Source of the DNA: Cyanidioschyzon merolae
Taxonomy: Eukaryota
NCBI GenBank assembly: GCA_000091205.1
Contig: AP006502.2
Strand: one strand, 5' to 3'
DNA: 64,000 nucleotides
The translations under genes and the position numbers were made by a program. Shown here one piece after another: positions 33,112 through 44,969 of the stretch. The first letter of the stretch is position 1, and each line of letters opens with the position of its first letter. The notes below the pieces were generated by a model. The model did not search any database and was not told where the DNA came from. It saw only the letters and a list, made by a program, of their open reading frames with translations.

Positions 33112-34371
33112 TTAACCCAATCCGTCGTGATTGCGAGCTCCGTAGAGTTCACGCAACAGATAATATGCAAAGTTGCTCGAGAAGCTCCCAATATCCGTGA
33201 CAAAAATTGAGACTTGCGAACTCGGCACGATCGCATAGCGCGGATTACTTACTCCGACTCTGGATTGGAACGGGCTAATGCTTTCATATGGCAACAGAGT
33301 GCTGGGCACAAAAGATTTTTCGATAGCGGAAATATCATGAGGGAACCGCTCAGAAATCCTGTGCAACTCCGTCAGAACTAGGACAGGAACAGCGTGCGCA
33401 CGCGCTGCATCCGCAGCAAGGCGACACGTTGGGCGCGTGATCACGGAACCCTCCGCAAGGACTACTTCGGCGCGGATGATCAGCTTGTGCACCCGAGCCA
33501 TAATTGCATATACTGCAGCGTCCGTAATCAACGTCGTATCAATACCGCGCCCAGCAAGCTCGCTTGCTAGCCTGTGACCACTGCACTCTGGCGCAGCTTC
33601 AGATACGAAGACCTTGAAACGGCGTTTTTTCCCAGCTTCTAATAGGAAATGCATAATTAAAGGCGAATACCCGCAGGTCAAAACCACCTCTTCCGAATGT
33701 ATATGCTCGCTGCTTTGCTGTGCTATCTGACTGTCAGCGCTCTCGAGCTCGTTCAGAAGTTCGACAACCGTTTCTTCTTGTCGAAATTCTTCCACGGTAC
33801 AGCTTTCTAGAAGCCGTCGACTGGAGTCGTTCCTCTCCTGGAAGATATTTGAGCTGTCGCTGGGACCCCTGCTGCCGAGTACCGAGACAGCCACGAAGGT
33901 CTCGAGTTCAGCGCCTGCAGTGGAGCTCGCGAATCCTTGAACACGTCGTTGTCTGAGAAGTAGTAGCCGCTTCAAAACATTTTCCAGTACGTACTGGCAA
34001 AGAATGTTCGAGAATAGTTTCTGATCATTCAAGAGTTTTGTGAGATCACGCAAAAAAGCCTCTAGGCTCCTCGTTGCACAGTACTGGAGCAGTACACGGA
34101 GCGCGCTTGCTAGTTGGTTACCGAACGGAACGGTATTCGTCTTTGACTTCTTTCCAGATTCGTTCTTCGGTTGCGTTTCTTCAGCAACAGCACGACGAGC
34201 GCTTGCACGGCAGTTGGAAGTGGGATACGTTACGGGCTTCAAAAAAACCGACGTGAAAAACTCCGCTCCGTAAAGACTCTCATACGCTTCATCTAAACTC
34301 TTTAGCAGCTTCAACGCAATTTCCTCGAAGCGTTGATCTTCGGAATCAGCCTCTGCTGAACTTGAAGCCAT
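33112..34371 (-). CDS. Translation initiation factor eIF2B subunit (beta/delta family; IF-2B fold)
   Basis: C-terminal Rossmann-like block EVVLTCGYSPLIMHFLLEAGKKRRFKVFVSEAAPECSGHRLASELAGRGIDTTLITDAAVYAIMARVHKLIIRAEVVLAEGSVI...AHAVPVLVLTELHRIS is typical of eIF2B alpha/beta/delta and MtnA. The 419-aa length fits beta/delta. Confidence 0.6.
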   Translation of the reverse strand: MASSSAEADSEDQRFEEIALKLLKSLDEAYESLYGAEFFTSVFLKPVTYPTSNCRASARRAVAEETQPKNESGKKSKTNTVPFGNQLASALRVLLQYCATRSLEAFLRDLTKLLNDQKLFSNILCQYVLENVLKRLLLLRQRRVQGFASSTAGAELETFVAVSVLGSRGPSDSSNIFQERNDSSRRLLESCTVEEFRQEETVVELLNELESADSQIAQQSSEHIHSEEVVLTCGYSPLIMHFLLEAGKKRRFKVFVSEAAPECSGHRLASELAGRGIDTTLITDAAVYAIMARVHKLIIRAEVVLAEGSVITRPTCRLAADAARAHAVPVLVLTELHRISERFPHDISAIEKSFVPSTLLPYESISPFQSRVGVSNPRYAIVPSSQVSIFVTDIGSFSSNFAYYLLRELYGARNHDGLG

Positions 34372-34555
34372 CGCTCAGTGAAACCCAGTATCTCAACTAT
34401 GCCAGCCGCGTCTTGTTCTCTGCTGGAATGGGACGGATCCGAGCTTGCGCGGCATCAATAGCAACGTGACAGTATGTCCCTGGACCACGGAGGATGGAAT
34501 CGCACCGTCATGCGCCTCATCATTCTTTATAGCCTTTAAGCTCAGTTGTGTTCGA

Positions 34556-35307
34556 CCCTTGGATGAGTATAATGAAATGGTATTTCGCTGGTTATAGAAG
34601 ATGCGTTCGAAGAGTGCTAATTTTCAAAACTAAAAAATCGAGGGGAAAGGTAAGGACACGGAAGTCGGGGATCCTGGAGTCCCAGTATCGCCAGGTGCCG
34701 GAAAAGAAACAAAAAATCTTCTTCTCGTCGACAATGGATCCAAGAAGAGCAAGTGACAATGAAGAAGAGGAGGGTAGATAGGCGAGAAAAGGTGCTTGCG
34801 CGGTGGGGCCACGGCGAGATTGTAGTGGCGCCGATGGGTCGTCTTCTAAGAATCAATGCAAAGGTGACTTCAATCAGCTGTAGAGCATTCAAGGAGTTTG
34901 TGAACCGCGACTTCAACACCACCATCAATGTCAGATGGAGCGTGATGCGGAAGTCTCGGTTCATGGACTCCATGATTGGTTGCCTCTGGTTGAAATCATC
35001 AATTCAAGGATTACTAGAACTCGTCTCATCGGCGCCCCTACAATCTCGCCGTGGCCCCACCGCGCAAGCACCTTTTCTCGCCTATCTACCCTCCTCTTCT
35101 TCATTGTCACTTGCTCTTCTTGGATCCATTGTCGACGAGAAGAAGATTTTTTGTTTCTTTTCCGGCACCTGGCGATACTGGGACTCCAGGATCCCCGACT
35201 TCCGTGTCCTTACCTTTCCCCTCGATTTTTTAGTTTTGAAAATTAGCACTCTTCGAACGCATCTTCTATAACCAGCGAAATACCATTTCATTATACTCAT
35301 CCAAGGG
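34556..35307. repeat. Foldback palindrome built from a TnpB/Fanzor-like 3' fragment
   Basis: ORF 34548-34781(+) = 35082-35318(-), 34630-34812(-) = 35051-35233(+), and the C-terminus of 34617-34973(-) = the C-terminus of 34935-35246(+). The arms (34556-34842 and 35021-35307) encode G-I-L-E-S-Q...F-S-S-T-M-D-P-R-R-A-S-D-N-E-E-E-E-G, homologous to the 48858-48990 copy. The 178-bp spacer (34843-35020) encodes A-F-K-E-F-V-N-R-D-F-N-T-T-I-N-V-R. Confidence 0.6.
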
Positions 35308-35488
35308 TGGAACACCACTGAGGTGAGAGACTATAATCTAACTCTCAGTTACCGTGATTGCTCTCATGCCACAAATGGATAGACCTGGAGAAGCCCGTAC
35401 TACAGTTGGACGGCGCACGAATCTACCAACTCAGCACCCGCGCTGTTCCGATTTGTGCTGACGAATTGGGCGGGAAAGATGAAACAGT

Positions 35489-36094
35489 TTGAGAAAGGAC
35501 GTTCTAGCTCAAATGCCGCAGTGGAGCGCAGAAAACGCTGCGGTTGTTAATAGGGATTCTCTAAATAAGGATGAAGAGTGCAATACGTCTAACGCAAACT
35601 GCTCAGAGCGAGTGAAGAGAACAAAGAAAGCCATTGTGAAACCTCGTCTACCAGTCCGGTGTGCGCTGCTTCAAAGCCCTCCGCGAAAGCGATACAAAAA
35701 TGTTTCAACGCTTTCTTCGATTCAAGTGGCTGGCGCTCTAGGAGCTCCGAGAGTTCCACAAGAAACTCCACTAAAAACGCAACATAGATGTTACAGACTG
35801 AAGCTCGACGCTAAGGATAAAGGCACTCGCCGGCAGAGTCACGGCGATGGCGACGGCTTTAGCCCCGAAAGCTCAGATATCAGGCGCAATGTCCTGCACA
35901 AACCACTCCAACTTTCGAGTGGTCTTGAATGTGACGGCATCAATAGGCAGCGGAGTTCCCCGCCGGACCCTGTGTCCAACACAACCGAGCTCTTGGAACG
36001 GCCAAGTGATGGAGACGTGGTTTGTACTGTTCCTCGTGAGGTTCTGATTCTTTGCAATGAAAAGGACGAATTTTTCCAAGCAATATTCAGATGA
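35489..36094 (+). CDS. Hypothetical protein
   Basis: 201-aa ORF in a gene-sized gap. No recognisable motif. Confidence 0.2.
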   Translation: MRKDVLAQMPQWSAENAAVVNRDSLNKDEECNTSNANCSERVKRTKKAIVKPRLPVRCALLQSPPRKRYKNVSTLSSIQVAGALGAPRVPQETPLKTQHRCYRLKLDAKDKGTRRQSHGDGDGFSPESSDIRRNVLHKPLQLSSGLECDGINRQRSSPPDPVSNTTELLERPSDGDVVCTVPREVLILCNEKDEFFQAIFR

Positions 36095-37852
36095 CTTTGT
36101 TTTTCCCGTCGCCGCTATCTGGAAAGAGTCACTCAGGGCAACCTCTTGCTGGCGGCGGCCCGATTTTTGCGTCACATGATGGGCAACTAGCGAGCCGGTC
36201 AAGAGTTGAATCACAGCAACGATTGCCTGTTATTTAATGAGTGGTACATATAGCCTCAACTGCTTGGTATAACCTTTCCATTGTTTCGGAGAATCAGGTT
36301 CGTTCAACGCAGGCTCGGTTCCGGATAATTTCACAGATCAGAATCGAGCAGATAGCATCATGAATTTTCTTCCACAAAATGACTGGCATTAGGATCATTA
36401 TAACCGACGCAAAACATAAACTCCGTTAATCCTATCTCAAAATCGTAGCAGTGAGTTCCGGAAACCTTGGCTTGAGTACCATTGTTCTGAATGTGCTTTT
36501 TCTCATGGATATGAAACAAACTAAGACGTCCTGTAAATTAGAGAAATGTAGCGGCAAGCCTCTATTCTCTGACTTGTCGCTCACGAGAAAAAATACCTTT
36601 CATGTGTCATTCAGTCATTACTACGTTCAGCAGCTGGATGAATCGCCTTTCTTGCAGCGCTTGTCCTGAACTTCGTGCATCCAAAACAGAATGTCTGAAT
36701 GTTTCTCTATGCGACCGTTTCTCCATGTATCTATTCCACCACAAGCGTTCTCGAGGTGATATCTTCACAAACGTTGCAGGATGTCAGCCTTCGGTAGCAC
36801 TGATACAAGCGATGATGAAGAGGCATGCGTGGGCAAAAATAGAAGAGCCCTGCTATTGGAAACACTCGCAAGTTGTACAAAACATTATTGATTTCGAACT
36901 GAAACGCAAACGGCTTTTGCAGAAAAGTCTGGTGCTCGCCTCACTGGATTAGACATCATCCGGGAAAAACGGTAAACCTATATAAGGAAAATGATAGAGG
37001 GGCGAACAACTGTTCGAAAAGAAGGCAAAAGCGAGCATTAAGAGAAAATCAGCCCCAGCAGAAATGCAATCGTGTTATTGCCCTCTAATCAGCAATCGAA
37101 CTGGATCGTTGGATACCTCACCCAGCGTGGTAACACTCTTCATGATCTGCTCTTCGCACCCTCTTCTGTCATTCTCCGAGACAACTTCGCCGTACATCTT
37201 TGAAAAGCGAGAGGAGAGAACGATACTCAGATTGGCACTGAGCTACTCTTCGTGCCAGGATATACCCCTGGTTCAATGCAGGAGAGGCGTATATTTAAGT
37301 GCCAGACGCGGTCTTAACGGACATGGATCCATGGAAGAATCATTAGCATCCATGTCTTTGTTCGTTGAGAAATCGTTCTCTGCCATCGCAAGCCTTAAAC
37401 TGATATGTTCCTTTTCCTACCGTGTGCGGGAGGGAGCGGAGTGGCGCTTCGGATTGTAACACGTGCTCGCTACGAAGGAAGTGACCAAAATGTACTCGAG
37501 AAATAAAAAGTACATATCCAGGAAAAGTGACCTTCGCACTGATCATCCCCGAAATGCGTCCGATCCGCGAGGAATAGACCTGGTATGGAGTATAGCAATA
37601 GCATGGAAATCGCCATACCCAGCAAGGGGAAAATACGAGGAAAGAGAAGGGGATGCATCAACCAGACAAAGTAGAGAATTGTACCCCGAAACAAGCACAA
37701 ATAACGACAGGACAAAAACTATAGAAGTGGAAAGATCAGTCCAAAATCGCTGCAAAGGCATAAACACTAATATACATGAACAGGAAGAGAATTCCAGAAA
37801 CTGAAATTCGGAGCACCAGTAAGGATCATATAACTTCGTTTTCGAGGAGGGC

Positions 37853-39179
37853 TCTCATAGCTTTTCTCTTACCGTGGCACAGCTCGTCATGCAAATGCTC
37901 GTGCAAGTTCCGGATGCGCATTGCGAGCTGCCCTCATTCCACACGGATTTTTGGACAAATCCTTCGTTCTTCTACCAGCGTTCGCGACAGAACGTGAAAC
38001 ACGGCCTGATCGCAGTATACAAGATCTGCACGCACGCTTGCGAGAAAACATTTGTACGTCATGAAATCACATCAGCAATCGGAATATCCATGACGAAAGA
38101 GAAAAATATCGAATCAACCTGAAAAATGAAACGATACGCGAGACAATCTCGAGTGCTTCAATCGGTTCACCGTTTGGAAGTTAGAACCGTTTTAACCTAC
38201 CTTACTGGCCTAAAAAAGTGGTGACTGATAGAACGGTTTCTTGGAGTGCCGAAGGAGGCAAATGACAAGCTGATGGTGACAGATGGGATCGAGGTGCCAA
38301 CGACGCCGGAAGCGATATCGCACCGAGAGCGAGACTCGCGTCAGATCGCCCGCGCCTATCGAGTGGATCTCGGACTCGGATCGCCACACGTCCTATCCAT
38401 ACGATGGCGTCAACGGGATACCTGCCTTGCTTGCGATTCGCGCACCACTATATTCGCGTCGAGAGAGCCCTCGAGAGGATCGGCACAAGTCTTATCCATA
38501 CGATGGTGTCAACGGGATACCTGCCTTGCTTGCATTCCGCGCCCCATTATATTCGCCTCAAAAGAGCCCTCGAGAGGATCGGCACAAGTCTTATCCATAC
38601 CATGGCGTTAACGGGGTACCTGCCTTGCTTGCATCTCTCGCCCCATTATATTTGCCTCAAGGGAGCCCTCGAGAGCGAAGCAGACTCCGTCCACCAATGC
38701 GGGTGCACTCGACTCCGTAAGCGTCTGTTCGAAGCGGCCCTCATTCGTCACTTCAACGCCCACTTATCACTGCAGACTCCTCTGTACTATACGTTCCACT
38801 CAGTGGGCTACGGCCGGTCTCTGGCAGCGAGCACGGGTCACTCGAACAGCTTTCCGAAGATCATGGGTAGAGCTGATTCGACGTTTCGCCTTACAGGGCA
38901 GGAAATCGTAAGGAGTACGCAGGGAGAATGGAGACCGACGGAAGACCAGGCTGCATGCACTTTGTGAAACTTAAACTTGACTCAACTAACGATGCTGATT
39001 TTCAACCGTCCAAGATAAATGAAGAGAAACACATCGCGCGGTTGCCTTATCTCAAAATCAAGAGAGCGGAATGAAAGAGTTGAACAGAATCCAGATGATA
39101 GTGTGCAAATTTTCGAGGGCTTTATACTAGAGTGAAGCATGATGGGCGTCAGGAGGCACACGAACGTTTGGAATGACGG
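37853..39179. repeat. Inverted repeat B, right arm
   Basis: Reverse complement of 19838-21152. Includes the 99-bp tandem array at 38365-38674. Confidence 0.9.
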
Positions 39180-41445
39180 CGTCAGGGCCCAAATCAATGC
39201 CTTTAGCACCGCATCGAAGAGACTAATGCTTTGCACGGTTATTCAGAGAGTCCATCAGCGTCCAACAGGCGCATGCGGACGATCCTTGGAAGGTGCACAT
39301 GAGACAGCGCTAGCGTGATCATCAGTACCGATTATAGGGAAGCATGAAACACGCATTAACCAACTTTTTAAATGAATTCGAAAAGCAAGTATCTGGTAAG
39401 TCGCGTCGTTTGGTGGAAACCTACGAAGTTGTACAAGCTATAGAACGCAAAAACTGTACTTGCTCTCCTTCGACGAGGGCGTACAACGAGTGCAAGATTC
39501 GATTCTGAAAGATTCACTCCGATGCATTCAGAAAGACATACAGTCTTCACGAGCACGGGTGCGCGTTGAATCTGGTAGACACGAAAAAGAGAAACTGAGA
39601 CGGATGCGCTTGCCGATGTACAGCAAGCTGAACGATCCTCAGATCGATAGAAAATCGAGCGTGAGAGGTTTTCTACGGTTTGAATCCACTCGCAACCATG
39701 CGCACAAGCAGTTTCCGAACGGAGACTCGAATGCTTCGATCAACATCCGGCGACCTTGTGCTTCCGGAGCGTCCAGTGGCCTTTTGCAGAAGGGTCCTGC
39801 ATTGGTATCCCCTAGTACTCATTGTGGGCATTGGGATGAGACGCGGAAGACTTGCGGTTAAACAAAATTCGATGGCCTGGACACATGGGATTCGATTCTC
39901 CCACTGAGCGAGGCAAATGTATGGCGCAGTTCAGCAGTATGGAATGGCAGGTGCGTAGAATATACAGAACGCAAGAGATATCCTTGCGCAATCGGTGAAC
40001 GATAACTATGCTGGATTATTCGATATTGCTGATTATACTGAACGCCTCGCTTGATGTGGCAGGAACTTTACAATTTTGGAAACGCACTCGGGCTTTCGTA
40101 TGCTGCGCTTTGCTTGGATCCAAAAATTGTAAGCACTGATAAATGAGACTGCTCTCTCGAGGTGCGTCGATCAAATGCGCATCTACGAGCATGCTCCAGG
40201 TATCTCCTCTCGCCCCGGAACGGCACAGCTCTGATTTTTAGCAGCGCGATTTACGTGGAGATCAGGTTTTGTTTCCGGGCTCGTAGTGCTCTGCGAAATG
40301 TCCTCTTACGTAAGGTTTTAAATGCTATTCAGAGGGAGCAGCTTCCATGAGAAGCGATGCGCGTAGACTCTCATGGACATGTTCGTAGCCTTTTTTAATG
40401 ACGCAGAATCCCATTGGACGAGATCCATTGGGAAGAGAGAGTCCACTAGCTCATTTCGTGGACCAAAACGAGCTTTCTTTTTGATAAATGCAGACAGAGC
40501 TGCATAGCGTACGTTGTGCGAGGCGCTGCCCTGTTTTTGAGCCACTGGGTGAGGCATCGGTGCTTCATTTACGCTTTTATCGCAAAGACATCAACAAACG
40601 ATATTTCACACAACTTTTGATTCAGTCCACATCAGGAGAAGACGACCAGTTTGCTCATTCGCGCATTTCGATGACTGGCCAACTTCAGCGGCTGGCGTCC
40701 ACACGCGACCACCGACCGTTTCACTGGCAGGTTTTCTACAATGAGACCATCCCTTGGAGAGGACAACACCCGTCGGACTTCAGCGTAAGGGCGTTTGCTC
40801 TGTAAGCCATTCGCACCTTGCCCCATGCTCACTGCAAGGAGCAACGTCCCAACCTAATATGCAGTGTATCAATTTTCATTTGACCAGCACTTTGCGTACC
40901 CGTGCATTAAACCTTCCAAACGTCCTTTTGAAATTGTAGTTTTGATACAGAGAGCAAGACTCGCGAACACGCGAAAGCTGTATATAAAAAATTGTACCGA
41001 GTAACGCTATCCGTGGTGCATCAAATTTCCAATTTTTCCAGAAACATTTCCCTGCAAAACGCATATTGTCGGTGAGAGGGTGATAAATCTCACCAGAGTC
41101 CCTCGGACACGAGAATACTGCTGTTATCCCCTTGGAAAGGGTTTCAAACTACCCTAGCAAGGTCAGCTTTCCATCTGGTCCACATCAGTTCTGCTATCGG
41201 GCGTGGCAGCACGGTCAGTCTAATAACTGCAGAGATTCCCGAACTACATTCTTCTGTCATCTGCTTCCCTTGTATCGGATTTATATATGGACTGGAATCA
41301 AGTGCCCCAATGATCACTCGATCGAACTCGCCCATGCCGACCGCATCAAGGCGCTGTGTTTGCGCGCCCTGGGGGCCTGCATTTGGTAGAAGCGCGGCAC
41401 CTTGAAAACTCAGCTTCGCGCGTTTTTGCTCAAGGCTTTCGACTG

Positions 41446-43563
41446 ATGGCTGATAACTTTCGCGTACGCTCACCCGCTGAGTTTTTCGCGGAAAACAAAA
41501 ACATTGCAGGTTTCGATAACGATGGGCGCTCTCTTTATACCACCGTGCGCGAGCTCGTAGAAAACGGCCTCGATGCTGCAGAGGCCGCTGAAGTGCTGCC
41601 CTCGATTCGCATACGACTCGAGGAACTTAGGGGTAAGGACTTTCAAGCGCGCCTGGGACTTGGGGGCATCGTCAGAAGAGACTTCAGTATGTACAAAGAC
41701 TTTCATGAGCAGCGGAAACTAGCTCAGGGCAAAGCCGCTGCACTGCGGCGCAAGAAAAGGCGGGCTCCGAACGTTGGACCCGAGGGCACGAGCGAACCCG
41801 CCGATGAGCCTCAGTTAGAGGCTCCCAGCGACGGTGCCACGCTCGAAACCTGCACGGATGAAGCGGCTACCGCAGATGCAGGAGCCGGTGTAGATGAACC
41901 GCAAAGTGGGGATGCCCAGTTTTTCATTGTTTCTGTACAGGACAATGGAACTGGGATCGAGCACGAGCGCATTCCTCAGATGTTCGGTATTGTTCTCGCC
42001 GGCACCAAGTACAGCGTTCAGCAGTCTCGCGGTAAATTCGGACTCGGATCGAAGATGGCGCTTCTATGGAGTAAGATGTCTACTGGTCTTCCGATACGTA
42101 TCTGTTCTTCTACAGATTCGCGTCAGCCATTATCGCTCTGTATGCTGGATATCGACATCGCTAGAAACAAACCTCGAGTGCTTGTTCACAAGAAAATCGA
42201 AAATGCGATTGGGTTTCGCGGCACGGAAGTCTCAGTAACCATTAGAGGTAACTGGAAGACGTACCGCACATATATCCTGCAATATTTGCGTCACATGGCA
42301 ATTATTACCCCATATGCTGAGTTTTTCTTTAGTTATCGTGGACCAATAGCATCCAAGAATTTTGATCTCTATTTCGCGAGGAGGTCCGATTGTGTTCCGC
42401 CACAACCAACCCAAGTGAAGCATCATCCGAGCTCGGTGAACCAACTCGTCCTCCAGCAACTGATGAATAGTGTGCCAGCCAGCACCAAACTAATCGATTT
42501 CTTGGCAAACGAGCTCTCATCTATTTCGCGTGACTACGCAAAAAGATTGGTGTGCGAGTTAGGCTGCTCTTTTTCCGAGGAAACCTCCGTTGCCGAGGTG
42601 AAAGGTAACATGTTACGCCATCTACTCGAACTCTTGAGGCAAGCACATTTTCTGCCGCCTAGTGGAGATTGTTTGAGCCCCGCCGGTGAATACAATCTGC
42701 GTCTAGGTATCATCAAAGAATTAAGCCCCGAAATAGTCGCAACGCATACAGAGCCTGTCGGCGTGCTTGACGGCCATCCGTTCATTGTTGAGGTTGGTGT
42801 GAGTTTCGGTGGTGCCAAGGTGAAGCCAGGCATCAACGTTTTCAGGTTCGCAAACCGCATTCCTCTACTCTTCGAGGGTGGTAATGATGTTGTCACGCGA
42901 ACCGCGACCAAATTAATCCCCTGGACGAATTACAAAATCAATCCCATCACGGATCGCGTAGGAGTATTCTGCTCAATCGTATCTACGCGTTGCCCGTTCA
43001 AGGGTACCGGAAAAGAGTATATCGGAGCTGACGCAGAGCCCATCCAGAAATCCGTTCGCCATGCTATCATGCAGTGTTGCCAGCAGCTGCGAATCAAGCT
43101 CGTTCGAAAGAGCATCCAACAGGAGCGACAGGAACGAAAGAAAAGGCTCTCCAAATACGTTCCCCACGTTGCTCGTGCAATCCACAAGGTTTTGCTCGCG
43201 ATGGCCAACCATATGGAGGTGCTCGACGGAACTTCTCGCGAGAAAGACCATGGGCAGAGTCTACTCGCGAAAGTTCAAGCAGGGTTGATTTCAGAGTCAG
43301 TTATAGGGGAGCACCTCATGCGACATGTTGCAGAAACTGAAGTCGAAGAGCACCAAGACTCCAAGAAGGGCGTTGCGCAGATCGATCTAAGCCATGTATA
43401 TCCCGGAATACTACCACCGGCAGTGCAGTCTCTGCTCCGTCCTAGTTTCAAATCCGCGCACGACGACGCAAACATTGATGACATATTCCGTCTTCATTTC
43501 CTTGATACTCAGAAAGCCTCTACGGCTGCACGCCTTGGTGAGTGTGATGGGGTCCCGATCTGA
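41446..43563 (+). CDS. TOP6B: DNA topoisomerase VI subunit B
   Basis: From MADNF: [46 protein letters not shown] is near-identical in pattern to plant TOP6B ([38 protein letters not shown]). GHKL/Bergerat ATPase blocks VQDNGTGI and [10 protein letters not shown]. Transducer domain downstream. Confidence 0.85.
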   Translation: [705 protein letters not shown]

Positions 43564-44969
43564 GCGATGAAACGCTCCACACAGTCGATGAATCGATCCG
43601 CCATCTCTTCATGGGGCAGATGCCCGCAATGATCGAAGATACAGAGTTCGCATCCCAGGTACTGGGCAAGAAGTTGGGAGTTTCTCAGTGGCACTATACG
43701 GTCGTCTCTGCCATGAATGATTAACACGGGAATGGAGAGCTTTCTCAGATTTTGAAGAAGATCCGTGTAATCCTCTGCTGTCCCTCCATGTGCTATTCGA
43801 TGGACTTGCTGCGCGAATTCCTTGATGCTGAAGACTCCCTGATATCGGTTGAGCACGAAAGCGAGAAGCGCGCGATCCCATCCACGTACCCTGTCCGGTA
43901 ATCGATATCCCTCGATAACATCAGGTCGAATGAGTGTTCGATCCTCTACTGCAAGCCTTAATCCGTATCGCCAGAGACGCTCTTGACTGACGACCAACCG
44001 GACAAGTCCCCGAAGCACAGGAGATATTCCGCGCGATATTTGCGCCGTCAAAAAGCGAAAAGACACCTGCACCGTCGCCAGCGCGTACCGCAGGGGTAAC
44101 AGAACTGTTTGCAAGCAACGCCGAATACCGCGTGCACGCTGCTTGGTCTCGCGAAAATAGATCGCAGGCGATACAAGAATTAGAGCACGTGGTGCACACG
44201 GCAGCTGCGCCACAGACTGTAAAGCTACTAAACCGCCCAGTGAGTGACCTACCAGGCAAATGTCGTTTGCTTGCCTTGCGGGCATACGAGCGAACTGCCC
44301 GACGACTTCAGCCATGGAACGAAGAGAGTAGTGGTGATTGCTCCAGGAACGGCTCGTAAGACCAAATGCCGGTAGGTCCAGAGCCTCCACGTTGCTCCCA
44401 GTCTTCCGTGCAAGCTCGTCCATGACATTACGAAAAGTGAAAAGAGAGGCTCCGAATCCATGCAGTAGAATGATGCGGCGCCGAGTTACAGAGGCGTTCG
44501 GACTGGAAGGCTCCGGGTTTCGCTCCTTCCAGCGCACATTGAGGTTGCAAAACCGAGAGAAATTCGAGTCCGGATCCGCCAAACTTTCAGGTTTGTTAAG
44601 CCTTTTCGTATACTCAATATTGAAGAATATCCACGAAGACAAGAGGCTGGCACCGATTCCAGCGGAGCCAGCTCCGAGGTTGGTAGCAGCCGCAGTATCC
44701 GTGCGCCTGCTTGCAAGCGCGTTTCCGTAAAGGCGGACGGCAAACCAAGTCGCGAGCCCTGTAAGACCGCTTATAAACTTCTCGGTAACAGTCAATCTAG
44801 GCCAACGGTCAGCATCAAATGGGTCCACGTACGACATCGGCGTGTTGCTCCGACAACGCTGCTTTCTCTTCAAGTCATACAACCTCAGTGGATGCACTAC
44901 TAAAACCGATTCGTCGCTAAGCTCATGTACGCAAGGCACTGCGCGGCGGCGTCGCAGCTGGTTATGCAC
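43509..44969 (-). CDS. Alpha/beta-hydrolase-fold protein with N-terminal membrane segment
   Basis: ILLHGFGASLFTFRNVMDEL (HGxG oxyanion region) and the nucleophile elbow VGHSLGG. A C-terminal His region is present. The 3' end overlaps the TOP6B 3' end by 55 bp (convergent). Confidence 0.6.
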   Translation of the reverse strand: MHNQLRRRRAVPCVHELSDESVLVVHPLRLYDLKRKQRCRSNTPMSYVDPFDADRWPRLTVTEKFISGLTGLATWFAVRLYGNALASRRTDTAAATNLGAGSAGIGASLLSSWIFFNIEYTKRLNKPESLADPDSNFSRFCNLNVRWKERNPEPSSPNASVTRRRIILLHGFGASLFTFRNVMDELARKTGSNVEALDLPAFGLTSRSWSNHHYSLRSMAEVVGQFARMPARQANDICLVGHSLGGLVALQSVAQLPCAPRALILVSPAIYFRETKQRARGIRRCLQTVLLPLRYALATVQVSFRFLTAQISRGISPVLRGLVRLVVSQERLWRYGLRLAVEDRTLIRPDVIEGYRLPDRVRGWDRALLAFVLNRYQGVFSIKEFAQQVHRIAHGGTAEDYTDLLQNLRKLSIPVLIIHGRDDRIVPLRNSQLLAQYLGCELCIFDHCGHLPHEEMADRFIDCVERFIAQIGTPSHSPRRAAVEAF

